Shown: positions 50,171 through 63,830 of the stretch, in pieces
How positions within the stretch are numbered: position 1 is the stretch's first letter
How the letters are laid out: each line of letters begins with the position of its first letter
NCBI RefSeq assembly: GCF_006345805.1
Contig: NC_043003.1
Coordinates: forward strand, 52,452,001-52,516,000
DNA from: Octopus sinensis
Taxonomy: Eukaryota
DNA length: 64,000 nt
Reading direction: 5' to 3'
The notes under the pieces: model-generated
Seen by the model: only the letters and a program-made list of their open reading frames with translations
Database searches by the model: none
Told to the model about the DNA's origin: nothing
Made by a program: the position numbers and the translations under genes

Positions 50171-50661
50171 AATGGGTTAACCTGAGACTTTGGTAAAAGA
50201 CAGTTGAATAAAGCGCCATACAGTGGTCCTGAACTTAGGATTGCAAAGTGAATTTTCCATCTGTTCAACCAAGTGTACACACACATACATACACAAAATC
50301 TTATTAACACTGAATAATTGTATGATCACAGAATTACTATCAAACACTAACATATACATATATGTAAACAATAATCAAATGTACCCAAAAATGCTAGAAA
50401 TATCAGGCACAAAATTTTTAGTAAATATAAAAAACAATAATTTATTCCACCATCCTTCTCTGATCAACACCAGAGTATTATATTACATAGAAAGAAACAT
50501 GACTTCTTTTTTAAATGACGTAGAAGATATCAACTTGCAATGATAATAGTTTTAACAAGGATTTTTACAACTTTAGATGTAATTTACTTGTTTTTCTTGT
50601 TGTTTAGGGAAATAAAATCAGGGGAAAAAAAACAAAAGAAAACAAAATACAATCTGATATA

Positions 50662-51936
50662 CAGGGGCTGGACAAAATAATGGAAACACTTTAAAATTTC
50701 GAACAAATTTATTTTAATATGGAGTAGGACCATCTTTGGCAGTAATTACAGCTTGAATTCTATGAGGTATGGTCTCATACAAAGCTCAAATTGTTTCCAA
50801 AAGAATTTTTTGTCCATTCTTCAGCTAAAACAGTCTCCAGTTCTTGTAGTGATGATGGTGGAGGGTATTGACTCCTTACTTGTTTTTCTGAAATGCACCA
50901 TAAATGTTCAATAATATTGAAATCTGGGGACTGTGGAGGCCAGATAAGATGTTCAACTTCACTAGAATGTTCCTCGTACCATTCAGTAACAACTTTAGCT
51001 GTGTGAACTGGTGCATTATCATTTTGAAAGATTGTGTTTCCCTCTGGAAACAGTTCCTCAACCATAACATGAATTTGATCAGATAAAATGCTTAAATAGT
51101 CTTGACTATTAATTCTGCCATGAAGGGAAACTACTGGGCTGGCATATTTCCATGATATAGCCCACCAGATCATCACAGATCCTCCTCCATATTTAATAGT
51201 TGGAAGAAGGCAGTGTGGGTCAAATGCTTCTTTTGGCTGTCTCCACACGTATATTCGGCTGGTGGTTGGAAATAAGGTAAAGGATGACCCATCTGAGAAA
51301 ACAACATTCTTCCACTGCTCTAGGGACCAATTCTGTAGGTTTTTACTCCACTCTAAACACTTTGCAACGTTTGTTTTTGAAAGTAGTGGTTTTCTGATTG
51401 CAGCCCTCCCATGAAATCTGGCATTGTGCAGCTCCCAGCAAACAGTTTTTGTGGAAACTGGGTTCTTGAGGTGGTTATTAAGCTCTGCAGTAATTTTGGG
51501 AGCTGTACTTTTGTGATCCTTTCTAACAATTTACGTAAGAGTCTGATGGTCTCTATCTGAAAGTTTTGGTTTTCTTCTGGAGTTTTGATTCGACAAGGAG
51601 GTTTTTCCCTCTTTTTCAAAGGCCGTCACTACTTTTGAGACAGTACTTCTTGATACATCAAACATTTCGGCTGTTTTTGTTACACTAGCGCCAGCCATAT
51701 GAGCACCAACAATTTGACCTCTTTGAAAGTCTGATAGGTCTATCATTTTAATGAATTTTAATTACCTTTTTCTGATGATATCTGAAGAGAAACAGCAATT
51801 TTAGCAAAACATATTAAGCAACACTAATAATAAATAAAAAAAACATAAAAATAAACAAGCTTTTGACAGTTTTATAGATACTTCAAAATTATGATGCTAT
51901 GAAACAAAGTGTTTCCATTATTTTGTTCAACCCCTG
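50662..51936 (-). mobile_element. Tc1-family DNA transposon with both TIRs, defective transposase
   Basis: TIRs caggggctggacaaaataatggaaacac / gtgtttccattattttgttcaacccctg with TA on both sides. ORFs show HTH (LSDFQRGQIVG), KYGGGSVMIW, FQNDNAPVH, WPPQSPDFNIIEHLW; frameshifted. Confidence 0.95.
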
Positions 51937-52859
51937 TATATGCAATTGAGATGGTATCAAATTAAATAGCCTTCTATATGACATACTTAATTATATACAA
52001 AGCAACATACTTAATACATATACACTATTGATGGGCCACTTACTACAGTATTTATTTTGAGATAACATCTCTTATGCACTAATGTGATAAAAACACAATG
52101 GGTATCAGAGACATGAAAATTCATCCCAGCAGTAACAGTGAGAATGTTAGATGTATTTTGGTCTCTTTGGGGTCTTTTGAATGGTGCATATTCACAGCTA
52201 GCCACATGTTCGTATGACAGTTCATTGCTTCCAATATAGAAAACAACAAGCAAAACATTCACTGATGTTTTGACTAGCTGTCCAATTGGATGACAGTTTG
52301 GTAGACACAACTGAAGCAGTATTAAACTGAAATAGCCATCTATGTATTACACTATCAATTATAAAATAAAAAAATTGAATGTTCAAATTGCAGCAATGCT
52401 TCAGTTATAAGTGGTGAAAGATTATATGACATAATGAAAATATAAGTTCATGTAACTAAGTTGTTTGTTTCTTACCATTTCAATTGTTGTGTAATGATAC
52501 TTCTTTGTTTTATATCCTTGTATTGGATCATCATCATCATCATCGTTTAACGTCCGCTTTCCATGCTAGCATGGGTTGAACGGTTCAACTGGGGTCTGGG
52601 AAGCCCGAAGGCTGCAACAGGCCAGTCAGATCTGGCAGTGTTTCTACAGCTGGATGCCCTTCCTAACGCCAACCACTCCATGAGTGTAGTGGGTGCTTTT
52701 TATGTGCCACCAACACGGGTGCCAGACGAGGCTGGCGAATGGCCACAATCGGATGGTGCTTTTTACGTGCCACCGGCACGGAGGCCAGGATATATAATAT
52801 AATGAGGCAGGAAGGAAAGAAAGTATATATACAATGCACTACTATTACTATTACATGGA

Positions 52860-53275
52860 GGGCGGTGAGCTGGCAGAATCGTTAGCACGCTGGGCGAAAT
52901 GCTTACTGGTATTTCGTCTGCCGCTATGTTCTGAGTTCAAATTCCGCCGAGGTCGACTTTGCCTTTCATCCTTTCGGTGTTGATTAAATAAGTATCAGTT
53001 ATGCACTGGGGTTGATATAATCGACTTAATCTGTTTGTCTGTCCTTATTTGTCCCTTCAGCGTTTAGCCCCTTGTGGGTAGTAAAAAAATAGGTATTTCG
53101 TCTGCTGTTATGTTCTGAGTTCAAATTCCGCTGAAGCCAGCTTTGCCTTTCATCTCCTTTCGGGGTCGATTAAATAAGTACCAGTTATGCACTGGGGTAG
53201 ATGTAATCGACTTAAACCCTTTGTCTGTCCTTGTTTGTCCCCTCTATGTTTAGCCCTCTGTGGGCAATAAGGAAA
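52860..53275 (+). mobile_element. SINE family A, dimeric copy
   Basis: Head at 52860; a second headless monomer starts at aggtatttcgtctgc (~53090). Confidence 0.85.
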
Positions 53276-53767
53276 TATATTGCTATTACATGAGACTCAG
53301 CACTCTATATCACAATTCACAGTGCTCTGCTTGCTAACCCAAACTGCCAATTGCTCACAGTTCTTTGTTTTATAACAATGAGTCAGTCCACCTTTAGTTA
53401 CTTGGAGGGTGGTTGGAATCATTCCACAACACTTTGTTGTTGCTTACTCTTTCTAGTTTTGCTTATTTTATCAATCTCCAATGATGCAACTGTGGAACTC
53501 TTACTAAATATAAACATAATTTAATGAAGAGAGATCTTATAAACAATTTACATTGGGAACTTGATAACAGAAATATATTCAAAGAGTCAAAATGCATGAA
53601 AACAAATAACAACCATTAAATTCTTTACGTAAGTGGAATCTTATGTATAGAGTGATTTTTTTTTAGAGAATGTTCTCATATAACTTATGTAGATAATGTT
53701 GCATCACAAGGACTAAGTTTCCTTTCAGAGCCAGAAAATATAGCCAAATCAATTTTTTCATCCTATA

Positions 53768-54185
53768 TCATCATCATCATCGTTCAACGTCCGTTTTCCG
53801 TTCTAGCACGGGTTGGACGGTTCGACCGGGGCCTGGGAAGCCAGGAGGCTGCACCAGGCTCCAGCCTGATCTGGCAGTGTTTCTACAGCTGGATGCCCTT
53901 CCTAACGCCAACCACTCTGTGAGTGTAGTGGGTGCTTTTTACGTGCCACCGGCACAGAAGTCAGTCAAGGTGGTGCTGGCATCGGCCACGTTCGGATGGT
54001 GCTTTTTACGTGCCACCGGCACAGAAGCCAGTCAAGGTGGTGCTGGCATTGGCCACGTTTGAATGGTGCTTTTTATGTGCCACCGGCACAGAAGCCAGTC
54101 AAGGCAGCGCTGGCATCGGCCACGTTCGGATGGTACTTTTTACATGCCACCGGCACAGGTATCACAACTACTATTTTCATTTGAT
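53768..54185 (-). mobile_element. Family C repeat (RTE 3'-UTR type) with an internal 67-bp tandem repeat x3.3; representative copy
   Basis: Unit starts (gtgcttttt) at 53932, 53999, 54066, 54133. Other copies at ~7870-8245, 11280-11630, 14480-15063, 16330-16700, 26180-26570, 26840-27025, 27075-27505, 47640-48025, 52528-52790, 55520-55725, 56470-56690. Confidence 0.85.
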
Positions 54186-55465
54186 ATTTATTTCGATAAA
54201 GCTCAAAAACTTTTTAACCCTCCTGCGTTCAAATTATTCAGTCAAATGTAATGCTTATTTATTCAAATTGTTTTGAATTAATTATGCATTATCTTGTAGC
54301 TTTGAAATTTTGACGATGTGATTGCTTATTTTTAGAATGAGATTATGGGGTAGGTGTAAGAAGCCAGATCTGACCAGTTTAGATGTAAAACAGGTAGAAT
54401 ATTTGAGCTGGATATCATCATCATCAACACTTACCATCCATTTTCCATGCTGGCGTGGGTTAGATGGTTTGACTGGAACTGGTAAGCCAGAGAGCTGTAT
54501 GCCTTTCCTAATGCATGCCAACTACTTCAAGAGTTTAGCGGGTGCCTTTTACATGTCACCATCATGGGTGACTTTTACGCGTGACCATCATTGGTGCCTT
54601 TTATGTGTCACCAGCACAATCCACAACTACATATTCACTTGGCCTGACGAGTTTCCTCAAGCACAGCAAACCACCAAAGGTCTCGATCATTTGTCATCAC
54701 CTCCACAAGACCCAACATCTGAAGATCATACTTCACTACCTAGTCCCATGTCTTTACTGCTTCCACAGGTTCCCTCCACAGTTAAGGACCAGCACTTCTT
54801 TACGCAGATGTTCTCGTCCATAAACATCACATGACTATACCACTGCAGTCTTCTATCTGGCACATCACATCTGATGCTCTTATGCCTCTTGTGCCCAATT
54901 TTTCTCTCAAGATGCTTACACTTTGTCATGGCTGGCTTAAATGCAAAAGCGTTAAATGTTTACAAATTAAGACAGTGGTATCAACACATCTCTACGCATT
55001 CTGGACCAAATTGTCATCATCATCGTTTAACATCTTCCTTCCATACTGGCATGGTTTTACAGGAGCTGGCCAGGCAGGCACCTGCACCAAACTTCTGTGT
55101 CTGTTTTGGCATGTTTTTTATGGCTGGATGCCCTTCCTAACACCAACCACTGTAGAAATGAATAAATAAAAGGCAGTCTATTTGACTGGTAATTATTCAA
55201 AAAGCAATTTGTCCTACCTCCCCTCGACACACTATCAAGTTGTGGCCACTCCCTGCTTTTTCTGCAGTCACTATAACGCCCCATACTATATGTTATAACC
55301 GCTAACATTATAACTGCTTTTGAGTCCTGTAGTAAACTTTCTAAGTTATTTTCTTTACAACTGTATATATTTTACTTGTTTCAGTTGTTAGACTGTGGCA
55401 TCACCTTGAAGAATTCTTAGATAAATAAAATGATAAAATGACCCCAGTACTTATGTGTGTGTGTG

Positions 55466-55521
<56 letters not shown>

Positions 55522-55906
55522 TGGCAAATGAAAGCTGGCTCCCATGCCGGTGGCATGTAAAAAGCACCCACTACACTCTCAGAGTGGTTGGCATTAGGAA
55601 GGGCATCCAGCTGTAGAAACATTGCCAGATCAGATTGGAGCCTGGTGTGGCCTCATGGCTTGCCAGTCCCTAGTCAAACCATTCAACCCATGCCAGCATG
55701 GAAAATGAATGCTAAACGATGATGATGATATATATATATCAAGTTTTAGTTGAACAAATTGACCCTACCAGGACTTTTTTCAAGCTTTGTACTTATTCTA
55801 CCAGTCTCTTTTGCCAAACTGCTAAGTTACAGGGATGTAAATACACCAGCATGGGTTGTCAAGCAGTAGTGAGTGAACGACACAGATACAAAGACCCACA
55901 CACATA

Positions 55907-55953
<47 letters not shown>

Positions 55954-56824
55954 GGAGAACGGACGTTAAACGATGATGATGATGATGATATATATATATA
56001 TATATATATACATACATTGGGTTTCTTTAAGATTCCGTCTACCAAATTCACTCACAAGGCTTTGGTTACCATGAGGCTATAGTAGAAGACATTTGCCCAG
56101 CGTGCCATGCAGTGGGACTGAAATTGGAACCATGTGATTGGGAAGCAAGTTTCTTGCTACACAACCATACCTGTGCCCGTTATACACAGCTTTTATGAAA
56201 CCAACATTATATACAAATCTTACAATGAATTATTGTGGAATTTTTTTCTAAAGTGTAATCACCGAAGTACTTACAAGTGTCAAATGTCTCTCAGTTTCAA
56301 ATATTTTTCAGACCACAAGAATTTTATTACCGTCAAGTGGCCTTTATGAAAACTGCTACTTTTCAGAAGTTTAATTAGATGTTTGCCAAGCATTTGTTGC
56401 AGTGATGCTGTCATTGCTACAGTAATAAAATGAAATACAATTTTATTTTCAAATTCAGATCAACTGACGCCGGTGTCACATAACTGGCACAGTGCTGGCG
56501 GCACGAAGAAAGCATCCATTACACTCTTGGAGTGGTTGGCATTAGGAAGGGCATCCAGCCATAGAAACCATGTGAAATCAGATTGGTGCAGCTCCCCAGC
56601 TTATCAGTTTCATTCAAACTGTCTAACCCATGTCAGCAAGGAAAGTAGACGTTAAATGATGATGATGATGATGATGATGATAATGATGATTTAACATAAA
56701 TAAAATTCTTATGTATACTTATTTATACACAAAGAATTAGAACATATAAGGTTATGATTACACAATAAACATAATATTTAAAAAATTGCTTTCATTTTCC
56801 CTAATCTTGTTATTTACTCATCAA

Positions 56825-57290
56825 AAGGCAACAAGCTGGTAGAATTGTTAGCATGCTGAGCAAAATGCTTAGCGGCATTATGTCTGTTTTTACATTCATA
56901 TTTAAGAAAAAGTGGAAGTGGATTGGTAGCACAATTAGAAAAGACACACCAAATGTAGCAAAAAGTGCTTTACAGTGGAAACTGGATGGATACAGAAGGA
57001 GAGGTAGGCCTAAGAATTCATGGCGGAGATCAACACAAAAGGAACTAGAGAAAGGGGGACATTCATGGCAGAGTACAGAAGCCAAAAATTATGCGACATG
57101 GAATTCAACTATAAGTGGCCTATGCTCTGCGTTGGAGGGTTAAAGGCTTAAAGAAAAAGAAAGAGTTCAAATTCCACTCAGGTCGACTTTGCCTTTCATC
57201 CTTTAGGAGTCAATAAAATAAGTACCAGTTGAGCACTAGTAATCGACTTAGCCTGTGCCCCGAAATTGCTGGCCTTGTGCCAAAATTTGA
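56825..57290 (+). mobile_element. tRNA-headed SINE split by an RTE 3'-end fragment (~56895-57160)
   Basis: SINE head stops at tttacattc and resumes at gagttcaaattcc. The insert reads WKWIGSTIRK...ALQWKLDGYRRRGRPKNSWRRS. Confidence 0.75.
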
Positions 57291-57374
57291 GGCCAACATT
57301 TACTCATAGAAGTATATTTAAAATGAAAATGAAAAAAAAAAAAAAAAAAAGAAGTGTTTTAAATCATCACTTAC

Positions 57375-57474
57375 CGGGCCTGTGCAGGGATAAGGTTGTA
57401 GATACGATATCTTGAACCTTCTGACAAGATGTTTATGAGTTCTTCTGTTGGTTTCCATATAGTCAATAGTGTAG
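57375..57474 (-). CDS. BRCA2: BRCA2 exon, OB2; 100 nt, phase 1/2
   Basis: Acceptor ttgcttatttag|CT; donor CCG|gtaagt. TLLTIWKPTEELINILSEGSRYRIYNLIPAQA(R) matches human [27 protein letters not shown]. The ORF track shows only a wrong frame (57318-57518). Confidence 0.95.
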
Positions 57475-58721
57475 CTAAATAAGCAATTATGACAGGTAAC
57501 AATGTTTGCTGATGTCATGTGTAATACAATACATTTAAATTAATAATAACGAGAACTACACCTTGCATATCAACCTCTACCTTACGCATGATCTTACCTG
57601 ATGATCTATCTGCCATCGTTCCTTAGCCACTGTTATCTATCTCAACTTACACCTTTCCACAGATATTTTCCCCACCACTGTACCTCCACGCTTGAAAATC
57701 ATTCAATACATCCGCCCCTGCACCCCACTCTGTAACCTTATGTTATTCTCCCTTCACATTTTTATGAAACTATCCACTTTTCCCTTTCCTCCCCCAACAA
57801 TCTGATCCCCTGACTGTTTCCTCTCTTATGCTTACCTTTTTTGAAAGTTTGCTCTGGCACACCATTACAACCATCTTCCTTCTTTATCGTTGTCTTCTCT
57901 ATTATTACTACCTATCCTTGAATAGTCACGTGTCTCCTCTATAGTAAGAAACCTGTTCTTGTCCCTCTATCATACTTTAGCCTTTCAGTACCTAGCATAA
58001 AGCCACCTCCCACTTTCTAAAACCATCACAGTATACACTGAAAGGTGGATGACATTAGGAAAGGCATCCAGCTGTAGAAAACATGCAAAAACTTACAATG
58101 AAGCTTGGTGCTGGCCATTGGGTTGCCAGACCCAATGTTAACCATTCAACTCATTCCAGCATGGAAAATGGATGTTAAATGATGATGATGATGATGATGA
58201 CAATGATAATGACAGTGATGATGATGATGAAATGAAGAAAATTTTGACCCTAAGCCTAATAGTTATAGAATATGGAACCAAGATTTTATAATGGTTGTGG
58301 GGCTCACAAGTTCACTTCCCAACCATGTGGTTTCAAGTTCAGTCCAATTGCGCAGCACCTAGGACCAGCATCTACTAGACCTAGGCCAAAGAAAACCTTG
58401 TGAGTGGATTTGATAGATGAAAACTGAAAGGAGACCCTCATAATCATCATCAATTAATGCCTGTTTTCATGCTGGAATGGCTTGGACAGTTTGATAGAAT
58501 ATGGCAAAGTGCAGGGCCATGTCAAGCTCCAATGTTAGCTTCGGCATGGTTTCTATGCCAACCACATACATATATATGTACTTATAGCACGTGCATGTAC
58601 ACTACTAATTGTAATCAAACATCTCTATCCTACAAATGATGTTGTTCATTAGCAATCTGTGAAAACATGTCCAGCCATTGCACTGTATGTGCTCGAAGGA
58701 CCGTTAGAAATATCTTGCTTT

Positions 58722-59140
58722 AAGGTGGCGAGCTGGCAGAAACGTTAGCACACCGGGCGAAATGCGTAGCCGTATTTTGTCTGCCGTTACGTTGTGAGTT
58801 CAAATTCCGCTGAGGTCGACTTTGCCTTTCATCCTTTCGGGCTCGATAAATTAAGTACCAGTTACGCACTGGGGTCGATGTAATCGACTTAATACCTATG
58901 TCTGTCCTTGTTTGTCCCCTCTGTGTTTAGCCTCTTGTGGGTAATAAAGAAATAGGTATTTCATCTGCTGTTACATTCTGAGTTCAAATTCCGCTGAGGT
59001 CGACTTTGCCTTTCATCCTTTTGGAGGTCAATAAATTAAGTACCAGTTAAGCACTGGGGTCGATATAATCGACTGAATCCCTTTGTCTGTCCTTGTTTGT
59101 CCCCTCTATGTTTAGCCCCTTGTGGGCAATAAAGAAATAA
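58722..59140 (+). mobile_element. SINE family A, dimeric copy
   Basis: Head aggtggcgagctggcagaaacgttagc; second monomer from ~58955. Confidence 0.85.
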
Positions 59141-60390
59141 GAAATATCTTGCTTAGAAACAGGTGAGGGTTGGTCATAGAAAAGCAGCTTAGCCATAGAA
59201 AATCTGTTTTGAATCTTCAATGGATCTGTGAAAGCAGGGAAAAGTAAAATAATGATGATGAGGATAATGTGCACCTCATATAGTCAACAAATTGGTATAA
59301 TCTTTAGAGATTCAAACAAAATGCTTTTGGTATTTAGCTATGAACCTATACATTCTGATTTCAGATCCTGTTGAAGTTAACTTTGCTTTTCATTTCACTG
59401 GAGTCAGTAAGATCAACTGACAGCAATATATTTGACCATGCCTGGCATATGAATCTTCTAGCAAAACTTTCTCTTGTGGGCTCCATACTTTACTTGTGAT
59501 GAACCGGGGGTCTCTCTGATTCACACTCTAAAATCTCTAAGATTCAGTATTGTCCAGTATACTCTTCTTTCTATATGTCAAAAACCTATTTGATGTCACA
59601 CAATGTCCACTCTTCATTCGTCCCTGAGTTGCATCTAAGCATTACCATATGCAGCCTTGACACCTTACAGTGAACCTGTACAAATCTATGAGTAGAGAAT
59701 TCACAAACATTCTCAAATGGGGTCATGCCAGTTTTGTTCCATTCAAAAGCACAAAGACACAAACATTGTACTTATCAAGGGTCAATATCATATCCCTTGA
59801 TACATCACCTAAAGCACAAACAATATGCAACTAGAACCCTCAAAGTAACTAAAAATGCCAGACCTTGTCATTGCTGAGAATTTTTCCATGTGAGAGAAAA
59901 AAAATGCATTAAAAAAACTGGCATTCTTCTTCAGAATAAGAAAATTCTTCAGTTCCTAACAATGGTAAGCAATCCACAAAAGTCAAGTGAGACCTACACT
60001 GAACTACAGCTTCTGTGTCTGGGATAGTACTGCTGCTACACATATAGCCAACCAAGGAAAATGCAACCAGACTAATTGGCATGAAGCCATACACCTCTGT
60101 CTTTCTACCACTATGACAGTGAACCCTGCTCTTGGAGTTGGTTGGTTTTGTGCTCCTTTCACTCGGATACTCTGGACTTCATTTGCTGCTCTTCTTATCA
60201 CCCACAGTTTCCACCCTTCAAGGCTTTAACCACTATGTCAGTATATTCTTCCTAGAACATTGAAATTCCATTCCTGTTGATGTATTATCTGAGCCAATCT
60301 GAGTGGTTTATTGAGCCTATGAAGACAATGGGAAAATACCCTTTCTCTAGACTAAAACAAGATATATATATATATATGTAAGTGTGTGTG

Positions 60391-60421
<31 letters not shown>

Positions 60422-61021
60422 ATAATAAGAAAAAAGTCATTAAAAAGTCTAGGTAGATATTAATAAAGCATTCAGCTTTAAATGAATTAAGTTAACTATA
60501 TCAAACAATCAGACACCAATAAACACAAGAAGAATACACGTCCAAGGTAAATCCTCATGTATGACATGAGGAACCGAATATCATTTAGAAAAATTTCAAG
60601 GAATTCAGAGTATTAGAAAACAAAAATACGGATAGAGAAAATCACATCTTTAATTGTTGAATTAAATCTGAAAATATTTGTTAACACAACGTTTTCGAGG
60701 TCATCCAAAATTAGTTGAATTCAAAGTGAACCAAGAAAATATTTCGAATATAGAACGCATACAGAAAGAAAGTTAAGAAGAAATATAATCTAAGTAAAGC
60801 TATTTTGTACCTACTGCTAATTAGATAAAATTAATGTGTGTGTGTGTGTTGTGTGTGTAACTAGTCAAGAATTGGGGTTAATTTAACATTCCTATAATGT
60901 AACTTAGATGTGAGTGGATTCCTAATAAAATATTTAGTACATAGACTACAACATATAGAAGTTACTTCGATTAAATTGAATACTTAGATCTACACTAAAA
61001 TAAATGAGAAATAAGTCTTAC

Positions 61022-61100
61022 TGGCAAGTGGTTCTCGATCTTGTTCACTGCAGCCCACCAGTCTTGCTTTTAAAACAGCAACAACATTGCGTTTTGGATT
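61022..61100 (-). CDS. BRCA2: BRCA2 exon, OB2; 79 nt, phase 0/1
   Basis: Acceptor tttcctgtcattgaag|AAT; donor CCA|gtaaga. NPKRNVVAVLKARLVGCSEQDREPLA aligns to human [22 protein letters not shown]. The last A joins CT of the next exon to give Thr. Confidence 0.88.
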
Positions 61101-61214
61101 CTTCAATGACAGGAAATATATTTGAATAAAATTTTTAAAATGAACTTCATAAAATGACAAGATTTTAAATGATAGCAATGTTGAAAAAGGAACTAAAAAA
61201 AAAAAAGAACTTGC

Positions 61215-61331
61215 CTCATTTTCATCTGAAAGAGCTTTCTGTAATTCATCTTGAATTTTCTGATTTCTTAAATTTTGGACTTCTTGCTGATAATTGGCTA
61301 ACAGTGTTCTTTGATGTTCGGTAAGATATTC
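61215..61331 (-). CDS. BRCA2: BRCA2 exon (first in window), end of tower / three-helix bundle; 117 nt, phase 0/0
   Basis: Acceptor tttctttccttccttccaag|GAA; donor GAG|gcaagt (GC donor). Translates EYLTEHQRTLLANYQQEVQNLRNQKIQDELQKALSDENE, which aligns by eye to human [36 protein letters not shown] (recalled sequence). Confidence 0.9.
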
Positions 61332-63024
61332 CTTGGAAGGAAGGAAAGAAAAAAAAAAAATTTAAATAGAGCTATTATGCAAAAAAAAAGAGCAAACATG
61401 AAATGAAATATATATACACAGAAACTGTGGAAGCCCTTTGTATGTATATATATATATATATATATATGTGGGTGTGTGTTTTAGTGTCTGTCCTCACACC
61501 AACACTTTACAAACTATGTTGGTTGGTTCACATTCCTGTAACTTAATGGTTTATCAAAAAAGACAAAAGAACAAATAGACTTTAAAAAAATATTATGATT
61601 AATTTGTTTGACAAGACCCTTCAAGGCAGTGCTCCAGTCCAACAACAAACAAATAAAAGGTAAATGATAACCTCTTTTTACCCTCATCTTTCCCTTTATA
61701 TCATCACTATAGGCACAGGAGAGGCTGCGTGGTAAGTAGCTTGCTTATCAACCACATGGTTCCGGGTTCAGTCCCACTGCGTGGCATCTTGGGCAAGTGT
61801 CTTCTACTATAGCTTCGGATCGACCAAAGCCATGTGAGTGGATTTGGTAGACAGAAACTGAAAGAAGCCTGTCGCATATATGTATATGTATATATATGTG
61901 TGTGTGTGTTTGTGTGTGTGTGTTTGTCCCCCCAACATCGCTTGACAACTGATGCTGGTGTGTTTATGTTCTCGTAACTTAGCGGTTCGGCAAAAGAGAC
62001 CGATAGAATAAGTACTAGGCTTACAAAGAATAAGTCCTGGGGTCGATTTGCTCGAATAAAGGCAGTGCTCCAGCATGGCCGCAGTCAAAATGACTGAAAC
62101 AAGTAAGAGAGGGAGAAAGAAAGAGAGAGAGTAAGAGTATAGAAAGCTTCTTTCAGAGGGAAACTTATTAAATACAGTGATGCTTAATTTTACTGAACAG
62201 ATTGGCTTTAATAGATTAATCCCTTTGACACTCAACCTGCTTGAGATTCCCTGATTTTATGATACAAAACTCCTTGTTTAATGTTCATATTTCAAAAAAA
62301 ACTTTCCACTGTTCTTTTATGTAAGATCTGTTTCCCAAACATCAAATTAACAATGACAAAGTTATTTTACTACATCACTCAAATTTCTTGATTATTTTCA
62401 AAATTAACTGAGATAGGTATAGGCATCAATGTGTGGTTAATAAGTTTCCTTCACAACCATGTGGTCGTGGGTTCAGACCCACTACATGGCACCTTGGGCA
62501 AGTGATTCTACCACACCCCCAGATATGTGTATGTGTGTGTGAGCATACACATGTATTTGCATGTACCCTTGTCTTGACATCATGTGATGGCTGTAAATGA
62601 GCAGGACTACCATACAAGCAATGTGGTTCATTTTCAGTCACACATGGAAAATATGTCACACCATGAGTAAAATATTATCTTAGTGGGTGACAGAAAGGGC
62701 TGTAGAAAATCTGCCTCAACAAATTCTGCCTGACTTATTCAAATATAGTAAAGAGTATTTTAAATGATAATAATGATGATGACAACAACATCAACACAGA
62801 ATTATTTGAAATACATAAGCGGGAATACAATTTAAGTTATTAGCACAATAATATCATTATGTTTCTAAATTACAGTGAACAATTTTGTATTGTACAAACC
62901 AACAAGGGAGCAACAAAAGGTTTGCTTGATCTGCTAGAAATAGCAACCAAATTCCTCTCAAAACACAACTTACCTTGTTAAAAGATAAAAAAATGTACTT
63001 GGATATGTCCTGGATACATCATCA

Positions 63025-63830
63025 ATCATTGTTTAATGTCCGTTTTCCATGCTGGCATGGGTTGGACGGTTTGACCAAGGTCTGGTAAAGCCAGCCGCTG
63101 CACCAGGCTCCAATCTGATCTGGCAATGTTTCTACAGTTGTATGCCCTTCCTAATGCCAACCACTCTGAGAGTGTAGTGGGTGCTTTTAACATGCCACCG
63201 CGGCACAGGGGCCAGTCAGGCAGCCCTGGCATCGATCATGTTCAGATGGTGCTTTTTATGTGCAACTGGCATCAATCACATTTGAATGGTGCTTTTTATG
63301 TGCCACCAATATGGGAGCCAGTCAAATGGCACTGACATCAACCATGTTTAGATGGTGTATTTTACATTCCACCAGCATGGGAGCCAGTTGGGGGCACTGG
63401 CATCGAAGTTGTTTAGATGGTGCATTTTAATTGCCACTGGTACAGAAGCCAGTCAGATGGCACTGACCACAGCTACGATTTTGGTTTTACTTGACTCAAC
63501 AAGTCTTCTCAAGCATATCATATCACATGGTACATTAAAGGTACTTTTGAAATGGGCCGGACATGCATCACTAGTATTGGCCATGGCTGCGATCTCTTTA
63601 GTTGCCGGGTCTTCTCAATCACAGCATATCTCCAAAGGTTTCGGTTTCCTGTCATTGCCTCCATGAGGCCCAACATTCAAAGGTCATGCTTCACTACCTC
63701 ATCCCATATCTTCCTGGGTCTACCTCTTGCACACCACATTTGATCCTTCTTATGTCCAACTTTTCTCTCAGATCGCTCACACTTTGTTCAGTATACACAC
63801 TGACATTACACATTCAGTGGATCATACTAG
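63025..63830 (-). mobile_element. RTE C-terminus plus tandem-repeat 3' UTR and tail
   Basis: The reverse complement of 63500-63830 matches the RTE C-terminal region at 49300-49700 and leads into the same UTR family. Confidence 0.75.

Noticed and set aside
50200-50280. Minus-strand RTTVWRFIQLSFTK, resembling human BRCA2 [14 protein letters not shown]
   Set aside because: Wrong position in the exon order and a weak donor; the true exon is 61022-61100.
52011-52310. 99-aa minus-strand ORF in non-repetitive-looking sequence
   Set aside because: No recognisable motif and no compatible splice phases; treated as a chance intronic ORF.
53932-54150. Regularly spaced repeats that could be read as a CRISPR array
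   Set aside because: Contiguous 67-bp tandem units with no unique spacers, inside a eukaryotic retroposon UTR; no cas genes.
55230-55340. Minus-strand open segment with a GAG|gtagga donor
   Set aside because: No BRCA2 similarity, and not needed: exons 57375-57474 and 44128-44239 join in frame.
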